From the NCBI GenBank assembly GCA_021399345.1, contig JAAFKI010000070.1, positions 1-33,940 of the forward strand: a DNA stretch of 33,940 bases, read 5' to 3'. Both the position numbers and the translations under genes were made by a program. Each line of letters begins with the position of its first letter. The first letter of the stretch is position 1. Origin of the DNA: Candidatus Heimdallarchaeota archaeon (GTDB taxonomy: Archaea > Asgardarchaeota > Heimdallarchaeia > Heimdallarchaeales > Heimdallarchaeaceae). The notes beneath the pieces were generated by a model. That model had not been told where the DNA came from, searched no databases, and saw nothing but the letters and a program-made list of their open reading frames with translations. Positions 8,434-17,968 of this stretch are shown in pieces.

Positions 8434-10257
8434 CTAGAGATTATCCAAACCTAATATATTCAATTCTTCTTTTGTTGGTACACCTTTAGCATCTAAACCT
8501 CTTTTCTCATAAAGAATTCTTCTTGATTCGATGAAATCTTCTTCACTTACAAAAGCTGTTTTGCCTTTAGCTCTACCCGATGGAAGAGGTTCTTTCATAA
8601 ACCGTTTAGGAAGATTATCAAATTCAATTGGTTTTTTATCTCCAAATTCTCTCATATTAAACAAACGTTTCATAATCCAAATTCTTCGAGCAACGTCAGT
8701 TAATTCCTCAGCAGTTACTTCTTTATCCCAAGCAGCTGAGAGAATATTAACACAATCATCAAAACCTAATGCAGGTTTGATACTGTGTGTGAAATGGCAT
8801 ATTGATAAACAATCTTTGATTGTTTTAAGGTCTTGTTGCTCTACTAAGGAATCGATTATCTTGATTGCGCTTTTTTCAGGAATTTCTGAGGTCGAAGGCC
8901 ATCCACGCAAATGCGAAGCCCCTACTGCAGCTGTAGCATAACTCAATCCAAGACCAAGTTTAGCACGTGGATCCCAAGCTGCAAAAGGTAATTTTTTCAC
9001 GTGAATTGCTAAGTCTTGTATATTCCAATGTTCAGCTGCTTGAGCAACACCATCAGCTAAGATATCACCTATATCTTGACGATAAGCTATTTTGTCAATA
9101 AGCTCTAGAAATTTATCAATATTACCGAACTCAATATCATCAAATTCTGGTCCCTCAACAAGTCCTTTTTCTATTGCTTCCATCGTCATTGCTATTGCGC
9201 TACCAGTACTAATTGTGTCGAGTCCTAGCTCATTACATAAATAATTAGCATGAATAACTGCTTCAGAATCACTAATCCCACAATTTCCTCCTAACATGGC
9301 TAGTGTTTCATATTCTGGTTTGGCTATTTCTTTTCTATCTTCCTCAACCCAATCAAAAACAGATGCATCTAAGGTTTCACTGCAGCCTATAGGACACTGA
9401 TAACAAGGACGTCGGAATCGTTTATATTTTTCAGCAAAAGCTTCATGTCCCAGATTATCTATATCTTCAAATTCCCCAGATTGCCAGTTACGGGTTGGGT
9501 AGTGATCAAGATCATTAGCTACTTTGACTAACCAGCTAGTCCCATGTTTATGAAGTAGATGACCATCATCTTTTGCATTTCTTGCTCTCTGAACTATATC
9601 CTTTCTTACCAATTCTATCTTCTCAGGTTTTCCATTTGTGGGTCGAGTTGAACCCTTAACTGCTACTGCTTTGAGATTCTTTGACCCAAATACAGCTCCC
9701 AAGCCTCCTCTTCCAGCATTTCGAAAATTATCAGAAGACGAACAAGCAAAATTAACAAGATTTTCTCCAGCTGGTCCTATTGTTAAGACCCTCATTTTTG
9801 GTTCTCTTTCTAACGCTTTAATCAGAACATCAGTTTCATAGACAAATTTTCCCCAGAGATCTTTTGCATCCTTAATCTCAACTTTTTGGTCCTTTATTGA
9901 GATATAGACAGGTTTGGAGGATTTACCTTCAATAATAATCAGGTCATATCCTGTAAATCTAATCTCTGGTCCAAGAAAACCACCAACATTACTATCTAAA
10001 TACAAACCAGTTAACGGGCTTTTTGTTCCAATTGCATATCGTCCACTCACAGGTACTTTTGTCCCCTGAATTGGTCCAGGAGCAATAATGATTTTGTTTT
10101 CAGGAGATAAGGGGTCGATATTTGGTTCTAGTTCTTTGTATAGATAATAAGTTATGTAACCAGTTCCCCCCATATAATCTAAAACAACAGATTCAGGAAT
10201 TTTTTCTGTGGAAATACTATTGTCTGTTAGATTAATTCGCAGAAGCTTATCATTCAT
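8434..10257 (-). CDS. aor: Tungsten aldehyde:ferredoxin oxidoreductase family protein (paralog 1)
   Basis: KSPLTG, AGRGGLGAVFGSKNLKA, [4Fe-4S] PCYQCPIGC plus ICHF, PEYET, CNELGLDTISTG, GASHLRG. Confidence 0.95.
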   Translation of the reverse strand: MNDKLLRINLTDNSISTEKIPESVVLDYMGGTGYITYYLYKELEPNIDPLSPENKIIIAPGPIQGTKVPVSGRYAIGTKSPLTGLYLDSNVGGFLGPEIRFTGYDLIIIEGKSSKPVYISIKDQKVEIKDAKDLWGKFVYETDVLIKALEREPKMRVLTIGPAGENLVNFACSSSDNFRNAGRGGLGAVFGSKNLKAVAVKGSTRPTNGKPEKIELVRKDIVQRARNAKDDGHLLHKHGTSWLVKVANDLDHYPTRNWQSGEFEDIDNLGHEAFAEKYKRFRRPCYQCPIGCSETLDASVFDWVEEDRKEIAKPEYETLAMLGGNCGISDSEAVIHANYLCNELGLDTISTGSAIAMTMEAIEKGLVEGPEFDDIEFGNIDKFLELIDKIAYRQDIGDILADGVAQAAEHWNIQDLAIHVKKLPFAAWDPRAKLGLGLSYATAAVGASHLRGWPSTSEIPEKSAIKIIDSLVEQQDLKTIKDCLSICHFTHSIKPALGFDDCVNILSAAWDKEVTAEELTDVARRIWIMKRLFNMREFGDKKPIEFDNLPKRFMKEPLPSGRAKGKTAFVSEEDFIESRRILYEKRGLDAKGVPTKEELNILGLDNL

Positions 10258-10402
10258 GTTTGTCCAGAAAATATACTTCTTATAAATATTGTTCTTCTTC
10301 TATTCTTCTTTGCAATTTCAAGGTCTTAGAGAATTTTAATTAAAACAAAAGCCTATATACACTAGAAAAATCACTTGTGAAAATTCAGTTCAAAGTTAAA
10401 TT

Positions 10403-10418
10403 GAAAGATATTTATAAT
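10403..10418 (+). promoter_or_regulatory. Archaeal BRE/TATA promoter of the methyltransferase (leaderless spacing)
   Basis: GAAAGATA-TTTATAAT ends 22 nt before ATG 10441. Confidence 0.55.
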
Positions 10419-10440
10419 CTCTTGACTATGCTAAAATAGC

Positions 10441-10968
10441 ATGACTAGGATATTAGCTAATATTGAGTTCCAGGTTATGAGCTTTTTTTTTAAGTTTCGA
10501 GATATACTCATTCCTCCTCAGAAAATTTTAAATGAAATTGGTATAAGTCCTGGTTTCTTTTTACTTGATTATGGATGTGGTCCTGGTAGTTTTAGTTTTG
10601 CTGCATCTGAACTAGTTGGAAAATCTGGTAAAGTTTTTGCTTTAGATATTCATCCTCTTGCATTAAAAAAAGTTAAGAAAAGATCCTCACAACGAGGATA
10701 TTCGAACATCGAAACAATATATTCAGATTGTGATACTGGTTTAGGAGACAGTTCTATAGATGTTGTTTTATTGTTTGATACTATTCATATGTTAAGTGAG
10801 CCTGAGAAAATATTACAAGAAATTCGTAGAATATTGAAACCTAAGGGAACTTTATCTCTAACTATTCACCGACCTGACAAAAAGAAGGCTATTCTGAAGG
10901 TAGAAAAAACAGATTTGTTCCAGTTCTCATTTAAAGGAAAACACACCTACAATTTCTTGAAAAAGTAA
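10441..10968 (+). CDS. Class I SAM-dependent methyltransferase
   Basis: Motif I LLDYGCGPG, VFALDIHP, SIDVVLL, RILKPKG. Confidence 0.92.
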   Translation: MTRILANIEFQVMSFFFKFRDILIPPQKILNEIGISPGFFLLDYGCGPGSFSFAASELVGKSGKVFALDIHPLALKKVKKRSSQRGYSNIETIYSDCDTGLGDSSIDVVLLFDTIHMLSEPEKILQEIRRILKPKGTLSLTIHRPDKKKAILKVEKTDLFQFSFKGKHTYNFLKK

Positions 10969-10985
10969 GAGAAAAAAAGGAAATT

Positions 10986-12803
10986 TTAGTCATCAATTTT
11001 TAGACGTTTAATTTCATCTTTTTTAGGTATTCCTACTTCATCTAAACCTCGTTTTTTGTATAAAAGCTGTAAAGATTTCTTGAAATCCTCTTCATTGACA
11101 AAAGCTTTGCTTCCTTCTGCTCTACCCGATGGTAAAGGTTCATTCATGAATCTATTGGGAAGAACATCATAATCAATTGGTTTGTAATTATCGAACTGAT
11201 TGATATTGAAAAGACGTTTAGTTATCCAGATTCTTTGTGCAATCTCCATCATTTCTTCTTTAGACACTTCTCTATTCCACATAGCAGATAGAATGTTTTG
11301 TCTGTCTTCAAAGCTGAAGCCTTCTTTGATAGCATATGAAAAAGTACAGACTACTAAACAATCTATGAGAGATTTGTAATCTTGCTGCTCCATAAGTGAA
11401 TCAACTACATCTAATGCACTCTTGTCTTTTGGAACCTCAGAAGTGGCAGGCCATCCACGTAAATGTGAAGCTCCTACTGCAGCTGTAGCATAGCTCAAGC
11501 CTAATCCCAGTTTTCCTCTAGGATCCCAAGCTGCAAATGGAAGGCCTTTGACATGTATTGCTAAGTGTTCTATTCCCCATTTTTCTGCTGCTTGTGCTAC
11601 TCCTTCTGCTAGAACAGCTCCAAATCCTTTTCTGTAAGCTATCATTTCTAGAATTTCTAGAATTTTCTCTTTATTTCCAAACTTTACTCCTTCAAATTCT
11701 GGTCCTGATAACAATCCTTTTTCAACAGCTTCCATTGTCATTGCTATAGCACTACCAGTACTAATAGTGTCGAGTCCAAGTTGATTACACAAATAATTGG
11801 CATGTATCAGTGTCTCAAGATCACTTAATCCTACATTCCCACCCAACATTGCCATTGTCTCATATTCTGGTCTAGCTATTTCTTTTGCATCTGTCCAAGG
11901 AAAAGCAGAGGCATCCAGTGTGCTTGAACACCCAATTGGGCAGTTATAACAGGGCCTTCTAATAGCAGTATATTTCTCATCTAAATCCACTCCACTTAAT
12001 TTCTCATGTTCTTCAAATTCTCCCGATTGCCAATTGCGTGTCGGATATTGACTCATCTCATTTGAGAACCCTACAGCATTACTTGTTCCATATGTGAACA
12101 TTTCAGATCCTGAATCCTTAGCAGTTTTTGAACGTTTGAGTAAATCTTTTTGTATTTCATCTATCTTTTCTTGATTTCCATTTGTTGGTCGAGTTGATCC
12201 TTTTATTCCTACAGCTTTGAGATTCTTTGATCCAAATACAGCTCCTAACCCTCCTCTTCCTGGATTTCTGTGACCATCAGCTGTTGGACATGAAATTTTG
12301 ACTAGATTTTCTCCTGCTGGACCTATACAGATAATTCTCATTCTAGTCTCTTCTTCGTCTTCTCTAATCTTAGCTTCTGTTTTATTAGCATATTTTCCCC
12401 ATAGATGAGCTGCATCTTTTATTTCCACTTTGTCATCTTTAATGGAAATATAGACCGGTTTCTCCGATTTCCCTTCAATTATTATTAGATCATATCCAGC
12501 CATTCTAATCTCAGGGCCAATAAATCCTCCACAGTGAGAATCTAGAAAATGATTTGTTAAAGGGCTTTTAGTACCTACCGCATATCTACCAGTAATAGGA
12601 ATCTTTGTCCCTTGTGCAGGTCCAGGAGCAATAATAATTTTGTTTTCAGGAGATAAAGGATCTATTTTCTCTTTGAGTTCTTTGAACAAGTAGTAACTAA
12701 TGAAACCAGTTCCACCAATATACTGTTTAATTACTTTCTCAGGTATCTCCTCAATACTTATTTTCCCCTGTGTAAGATCAATTCTAAGAAGCTTATTATT
12801 CAT
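10986..12803 (-). CDS. aor: Tungsten aldehyde:ferredoxin oxidoreductase family protein (paralog 2)
   Basis: KSPLT, PGRGGLGAVFGSKNLKA, PCYNCPIGC plus VCTF, PEYET, CNQLGLDTISTG, GASHLRG. Confidence 0.95.
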   Translation of the reverse strand: MNNKLLRIDLTQGKISIEEIPEKVIKQYIGGTGFISYYLFKELKEKIDPLSPENKIIIAPGPAQGTKIPITGRYAVGTKSPLTNHFLDSHCGGFIGPEIRMAGYDLIIIEGKSEKPVYISIKDDKVEIKDAAHLWGKYANKTEAKIREDEEETRMRIICIGPAGENLVKISCPTADGHRNPGRGGLGAVFGSKNLKAVGIKGSTRPTNGNQEKIDEIQKDLLKRSKTAKDSGSEMFTYGTSNAVGFSNEMSQYPTRNWQSGEFEEHEKLSGVDLDEKYTAIRRPCYNCPIGCSSTLDASAFPWTDAKEIARPEYETMAMLGGNVGLSDLETLIHANYLCNQLGLDTISTGSAIAMTMEAVEKGLLSGPEFEGVKFGNKEKILEILEMIAYRKGFGAVLAEGVAQAAEKWGIEHLAIHVKGLPFAAWDPRGKLGLGLSYATAAVGASHLRGWPATSEVPKDKSALDVVDSLMEQQDYKSLIDCLVVCTFSYAIKEGFSFEDRQNILSAMWNREVSKEEMMEIAQRIWITKRLFNINQFDNYKPIDYDVLPNRFMNEPLPSGRAEGSKAFVNEEDFKKSLQLLYKKRGLDEVGIPKKDEIKRLKIDD

Positions 12804-12818
12804 AAACTTCTGAAGTTT
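12804..12818. promoter_or_regulatory. Perfect 7-1-7 palindrome abutting the aor2 start codon (candidate operator)
   Basis: AAACTTC-T-GAAGTTT lies between a minus-strand CTTAAAAA TATA-like box and the ATG. Confidence 0.35.
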
Positions 12819-12947
12819 TACACGTTTTTAAGTATTATTCCCAAAAAAGAAAAAGAAGAAGGTAGATTATTCTCTCTTTTTTCTTTTTCTTAAGTTTAAA
12901 ACAAGAATACGAAACTTAAAAATATCTTAGCTTTTCTCTTTATTTAG

Positions 12948-13244
12948 ATGATTTATCACACAGTTTCTCCTTGTAAGAAAAAGAAAGGATTTGAGGGAAT
13001 ACCTGAGGAATTTCACGATGTATCATTACAACAGCTTAAAGATGAACTACTTGGTAATCTAAAATCCTACAAGTTGCTTAGAGAAACGAAGGTAATGTTA
13101 ATTTTTCAAGATGAAAAAAAAGGTAATAAACTATCCATTTTCCCTTCATGCCGAGTTTTTGTTCATGGAGATTTAAAGGAAGATGAAGCAATAGTTATCT
13201 TTGAACAAGTGAGTAAATCTATTGAAAGAATAATTGCGTCTTAG
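12948..13244 (+). CDS. Small protein resembling the C-terminal (TBP-like alpha/beta) domain of some MoeB/ThiF proteins
   Basis: N-terminal PC motif, ..SL..L...L, MLIF, LSIFPSCRVFVHG...EA; TATA-like CTTAAAAA about 25 nt upstream. Confidence 0.5.
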   Translation: MIYHTVSPCKKKKGFEGIPEEFHDVSLQQLKDELLGNLKSYKLLRETKVMLIFQDEKKGNKLSIFPSCRVFVHGDLKEDEAIVIFEQVSKSIERIIAS

Positions 13245-13297
13245 TTCATATCGTTTTTTCATAACAATTATATAGTCTCTCCTTCTTTCATAGTGAT

Positions 13298-14086
13298 GTG
13301 CAAGGCGGAGTACATCTTCTTACAGGCTTACTTTTAGCTAGTTTTAGCAAAAGAAAAGAGTACAAACTGGGAGCAGTTTTGGGAGCCATACTTCCAGATT
13401 TTGATATTTTCATTATGGCTTTCGTCTATCTGTTTATTGGTGAAAAAGCTTCTGTTGTTCATCGGTCTTTAACTCACAGTCTTTTGTTTTTAATTGTAGT
13501 TCCAGGAATTGTTGTAAGTTTAAACTTTATTCCAAAGATTAAGAATAAGAAAAATTATGACTTTCTTGGTTTAGGTATAGGATTATTCTTTGGTCTTGCT
13601 GTACATATTTTAATTGATATGATGTATTTGACTGGAGTTTATTTTCTCTGGCCTTTCTCCTCACAAGATATCGGTTTTCCAATTGTAGCCTTTGCCAATA
13701 TTGATCAAGGAATAGCTAGTAATGTTCTAAAGCTAAAATTGATTCAAACTACTGATTTCTACACTGATATATTCTTTTTCTTCATTCCAGTCCTTGTATT
13801 AGCTTACAAAATGGATGTTCATAAGAAAATCAGATTACCAATCCTTGTTATTGTGGTTGTAGACTTCCTTGTAACAACTGTTTTTGTTGGTTTAGCCTTT
13901 AACACGAATATTTCGTATGTAGACCATGTAATTTACCTCTATTACCTTGGCACTTTCTTTCTATTACTTTCGGTGATTGCGCCCATACTTTTTAGAAATG
14001 TCATTAGAGAGTTCAAATTCAATATCGGGGAAATGTCGATAATGATTGGATTGTTAATATTTTCACAATTCCTGCTTTATTTCTAG
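13298..14086 (+). CDS. YdjM-family membrane-bound metal-dependent hydrolase
   Basis: H..TG, GAILPDFD, HRSLTHS, HILID motifs; multiple TM helices. Confidence 0.9.
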   Translation: MQGGVHLLTGLLLASFSKRKEYKLGAVLGAILPDFDIFIMAFVYLFIGEKASVVHRSLTHSLLFLIVVPGIVVSLNFIPKIKNKKNYDFLGLGIGLFFGLAVHILIDMMYLTGVYFLWPFSSQDIGFPIVAFANIDQGIASNVLKLKLIQTTDFYTDIFFFFIPVLVLAYKMDVHKKIRLPILVIVVVDFLVTTVFVGLAFNTNISYVDHVIYLYYLGTFFLLLSVIAPILFRNVIREFKFNIGEMSIMIGLLIFSQFLLYF

Positions 14087-14089
14087 AAA

Positions 14090-15724
14090 CTAGATAAAGT
14101 CTTGAACATCTAATTCTGTTAAAAGCAAGAAAATGTCTTCTTTAACTAATGTTTTACTGACTACTTCCATTAGCTTGTTGATGACCTTTTCTGGTAAAAC
14201 CTGTTCATCTGCTATCATCAATTCCTTAAATAGACTTATTACTCCTTCTAGAACTTCAGGATCAGCTGATAAGTAGAGTAATGTTTTGATGAACTGTTTA
14301 ACATCACTTGGAATCAATTTTCTCGAAACTATCAGATCGGAAAATGTCAATAGTACTTGTTCTGTAACTCCTATATCCTTATGCAATTTTAGGCATTCTA
14401 CGAAGATATTTGCAAATTCAGTTGAGAAACTTTCTGGATTGTTTAGGATTATACTCTCTATAATACTATATGCTCGGAATGCTACAAATGGATGATATGA
14501 TTTGAGCGTGATATCGTCTAATGTTTGCAAAATAATGTTAGTAAGGTCTGAATCAAGGTTCATGAAAGAATATTTTTCTACATTTTGTAGAGCAGTATAA
14601 CAAATATTTTCCTCTTTTGTATTAAGAACTATACTCATTATAACACTAATTGCTGATGAAAAAATATCAGGGGAAGCTTGAAGTATAATTTGAGTAAACA
14701 ACTCTATAGCCCTTATTCTGACGTTTTTATTATGATGAGATTTAAGAATCTTAATTATTCTCTGAACATTTTCCTCACTTAAGTAACTTTTTTCGATAAT
14801 TGAATTAAGCGCTTTTAATCCCATCTCACGGAGACGGTCTTCATATGTTGCTCGAACAATCCCAATCATTAAATCAATCAGATAAGGGATTTTTTCTTCT
14901 CTAGTCAACACTAAATCAGGATAAGCTTTTATTGCTGTTTCTCTTATTTTCTGATCATAAGAAAATTTGAGCAATTTCACAATATCAGTTGTAAATTGAT
15001 TCAGTTTTGCTAATGTTCTTTTTCTGACAATAATTTCTTCGAGACTTCTAAAAGCCACAATTCTCATCTCGAAGTCTTCAGATGCTTTAAAGATCATAAT
15101 GTATGCTTCAGCTATTCCAAAATAAGGCGTGTATTTGTCAATATTTGTGATAATGTTATTTAAACAACCTATAGCGTTTAATCTTTCAGTTTCTTCAGAA
15201 CTCATTCTTAAGATTTCCACAATCGCAATTGCAACATCCCTACCCATATCAGGATCTTCAATAGGCAGCAACAATATTGAGTTCACCAATCCCTTTACAT
15301 TGGGTTGTTTTGGTAAAAACCTGTCTTTTTCCACTGCTTTGAAAAGTTGTTTAAGTTCAACAGAATCTTTCCAATTGAATTTGATTTTTCTCATTCCTTT
15401 CCTAATAATTTCAAATTCCTTAGTGAGATTAAACAGCTGATTATCTATTTTAGTTTCATAATTTACAGTTTCACTTCTTATTCCCTCAATTATTTCTCCT
15501 TCTGTTTCTTCTGATGTTATTAAGGAAGCTAAAGCTCGAGAAGCAGCGTCTCTTACTTTTGGATTAAGGTCGTTTAATTGTGAATTTAGAAGAGCTTCTA
15601 GAACCTTTGAGTGACGATAATTACTCAAGATATATGCGGCTCTTTCCCTCTGTAGAGGTATAGAGCTATACTTCAATTGCTTAATTAAAGCATCAATATC
15701 TGAAGAATCTTCTGAGTCACTCAT
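14090..15724 (-). CDS. HEAT/ARM alpha-solenoid protein
   Basis: About 40-aa repeats: QRERAAYIL, VRDAASRAL, ERLNAIGCL, MRIVAFRSL, IRETAIKAY, LREMGLKAL, VRIRAIELF, VAFRAYSII. Confidence 0.85.
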   Translation of the reverse strand: MSDSEDSSDIDALIKQLKYSSIPLQRERAAYILSNYRHSKVLEALLNSQLNDLNPKVRDAASRALASLITSEETEGEIIEGIRSETVNYETKIDNQLFNLTKEFEIIRKGMRKIKFNWKDSVELKQLFKAVEKDRFLPKQPNVKGLVNSILLLPIEDPDMGRDVAIAIVEILRMSSEETERLNAIGCLNNIITNIDKYTPYFGIAEAYIMIFKASEDFEMRIVAFRSLEEIIVRKRTLAKLNQFTTDIVKLLKFSYDQKIRETAIKAYPDLVLTREEKIPYLIDLMIGIVRATYEDRLREMGLKALNSIIEKSYLSEENVQRIIKILKSHHNKNVRIRAIELFTQIILQASPDIFSSAISVIMSIVLNTKEENICYTALQNVEKYSFMNLDSDLTNIILQTLDDITLKSYHPFVAFRAYSIIESIILNNPESFSTEFANIFVECLKLHKDIGVTEQVLLTFSDLIVSRKLIPSDVKQFIKTLLYLSADPEVLEGVISLFKELMIADEQVLPEKVINKLMEVVSKTLVKEDIFLLLTELDVQDFI

Positions 15725-15842
15725 AGTATTAATTTACCATTTACTTCTGAGTATAAGAATTTTATTTTACTTTTAAATGAAGTTTTTGGATTCAACTTAC
15801 TAACAAAAAATCTTTATTGAAGCAGAATCTGAAAAGGGTAAG

Positions 15843-16832
15843 ATGAAAGTTCTTTTTATGACAAATGTAAAAGAAGAAGAAAAGAAAATTACCAAAAAAA
15901 CTATAGATTCTTCAGTCTTACTTACATACTATTCTGAGCTTGACGATGAAGAACAAAACAAGGCATTACAAATAGCTGATATCATTGTTGGTGGCAGACT
16001 AACTGACGAACACCTTGCAACTGTTAAGAATCTAAAATTTCACCAAATTTTAGGTACAGGATTGAATAGACACAAACTTAGTTTCTATAAGGAAAACAAC
16101 ATAATGCTATGCAATAATCATTCCCATGCACCAATTATTGCTGAACATGGCTTCTCTCTTCTTAATGCAGCTACAAAAGAGTTAGACAGAAATGATAAAC
16201 TCTTAAGAGAAGGAAATTGGGATTATAGAAAATTTCAGTCTGTAACATTATTCGATAAAACCATGCTATTCTTGGGATATGGAGAAATCGCTAAACAATT
16301 CAAAAAAATGTGTGACCCATTTAATATGAAATATCTAGCAATTAAAAGAGGTAAAGATTCTACAGTAGAAGATGTTGAGTTTTTTACAGTTGAGGAGAAA
16401 CTTGAAGCAATCAAACAAGCAGATTTTATCTTCAACAGTTTACCTGGAACCACAAAGACAGAAAATTTTCTAGACCAGAAGGAATTTGCTGTTATGAAGT
16501 CCTCAGCTATTATTGTTAATGTTGGAAGAGGGATAACAATTAATGCTGAAGCAATATTTAATGCCTTAAAAGACAAGAAAATAAAAGCAGCTGCCATTGA
16601 TGTCTGGTATAATTACCCACAAAGAAGAGGAAGTGATGAACAGGATCCAATCCCCTGTTATCCATCTGATTTTCCATTTCAAGAACTTGATAATATTATT
16701 ATGAGCGCTCATAGAGCATGGAATACAGACTTTCCTAGAAGATATTTTCTAGATGCAGTTATACCTAACATCAACCGTTTTATTCGAGGAGAAGAATTAA
16801 AAAATAGGGTAAATTTAGATGAAGAATATTAA
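15843..16832 (+). CDS. D-2-hydroxyacid dehydrogenase family protein
   Basis: IAEH, GYGEIA nucleotide-binding loop, NVGRG, AAIDVW..YP, SAH. Confidence 0.92.
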   Translation: MKVLFMTNVKEEEKKITKKTIDSSVLLTYYSELDDEEQNKALQIADIIVGGRLTDEHLATVKNLKFHQILGTGLNRHKLSFYKENNIMLCNNHSHAPIIAEHGFSLLNAATKELDRNDKLLREGNWDYRKFQSVTLFDKTMLFLGYGEIAKQFKKMCDPFNMKYLAIKRGKDSTVEDVEFFTVEEKLEAIKQADFIFNSLPGTTKTENFLDQKEFAVMKSSAIIVNVGRGITINAEAIFNALKDKKIKAAAIDVWYNYPQRRGSDEQDPIPCYPSDFPFQELDNIIMSAHRAWNTDFPRRYFLDAVIPNINRFIRGEELKNRVNLDEEY

Positions 16833-16833
16833 T

Positions 16834-17706
16834 TCACTCATCTGTTTTTGATTCTAATTTGACTTTCTCAGATTTCTTTTGTATTCTGTTTCCTACTATT
16901 GAAGCTATTATAAGCATTAGAATTAGAACACCAAAGATGATGAAAAAGATCATGTTGAATTGCCCTGAAACTGCTTCAAATTGCTCTTGAGTTAGTGTAA
17001 GAATATATTCTGGTGCATTTCCACTTAATAATTTCACACCAAGAAATGCATAAAATATTGAACGTGGAATGGATCCGATAAAAGTTGCTAATGTATACTG
17101 TTTCCACCTAATATTAGAAATTCCTGCTGCATAAGATATGGGATCAAACATCACAACAGGAACAGCTCTTCCTACAATAATTGCCCAGACACCCCATTTC
17201 TCTATCCATTTATCCATTGCAATAACAAACCTGTCAGCAAAGCCAATATGATCACCTGTAGATTCTAGAATAGGTCTTCCCCCTTTGTTCGCAATATAGA
17301 ATGTTACAACACCACTTAAAACTGATCCAATAACTCCAACGAGTAATCCAAGCCAGATTCCATAAAGCATCCCCCCGCATAGCAATACTAATTCAGAAGG
17401 GATTGGGACAATCAAGCTTTGAATGATCATAAGCGCTAGAAAGAGAAAAATGGACCAATAACCCATTCTAACAAGGGGAGCTAGGAAATAATCTCGGATT
17501 ATCTCGAAAAGAAATGTTTTATCTATTATAATCATAATTAGTACAGCTACAGAAATAATGACTAATATCACAAAAAACGCTACAAGAACAATGCGTTTCT
17601 TTGTCCAAACTACTTTCTTTCTTCCAGTAGGAGTTAATGAATCATCGTTTTTCAAAGAATCATCATCGACTGAATCAGTATTACTTGATTCTATTGAGCT
17701 GCTCAT
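16834..17706 (-). CDS. VTT-domain (TVP38/TMEM64/DedA superfamily) membrane protein
   Basis: QSLIVPIPSE, GGMLYG..LG, GRAVPVVMFDPISYAAG, ATFIGSIP. Confidence 0.9.
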   Translation of the reverse strand: MSSSIESSNTDSVDDDSLKNDDSLTPTGRKKVVWTKKRIVLVAFFVILVIISVAVLIMIIIDKTFLFEIIRDYFLAPLVRMGYWSIFLFLALMIIQSLIVPIPSELVLLCGGMLYGIWLGLLVGVIGSVLSGVVTFYIANKGGRPILESTGDHIGFADRFVIAMDKWIEKWGVWAIIVGRAVPVVMFDPISYAAGISNIRWKQYTLATFIGSIPRSIFYAFLGVKLLSGNAPEYILTLTQEQFEAVSGQFNMIFFIIFGVLILMLIIASIVGNRIQKKSEKVKLESKTDE

Positions 17707-17968
17707 CTTGTTCTATCAACTTGCTTTACTATTTAAACTTTTCAAAGCAGAAAAAAGGATAATATGAGAAGACATCATACAAAATAAGAATACCTTTCTC
17801 AATTTAAGACAAAGAATATATAGAAACAAACCTCTTTTTCATGCATTACAGTTTCCAAAAATAGGTTAGAAGCATTCTCGCGGCTTTTTGAGAGAATTTT
17901 CTAATCACCACATACTTAAAACTGTTAAGCAATAGAAATATAAGTGCAAATATATTGAAAGTATTAGA

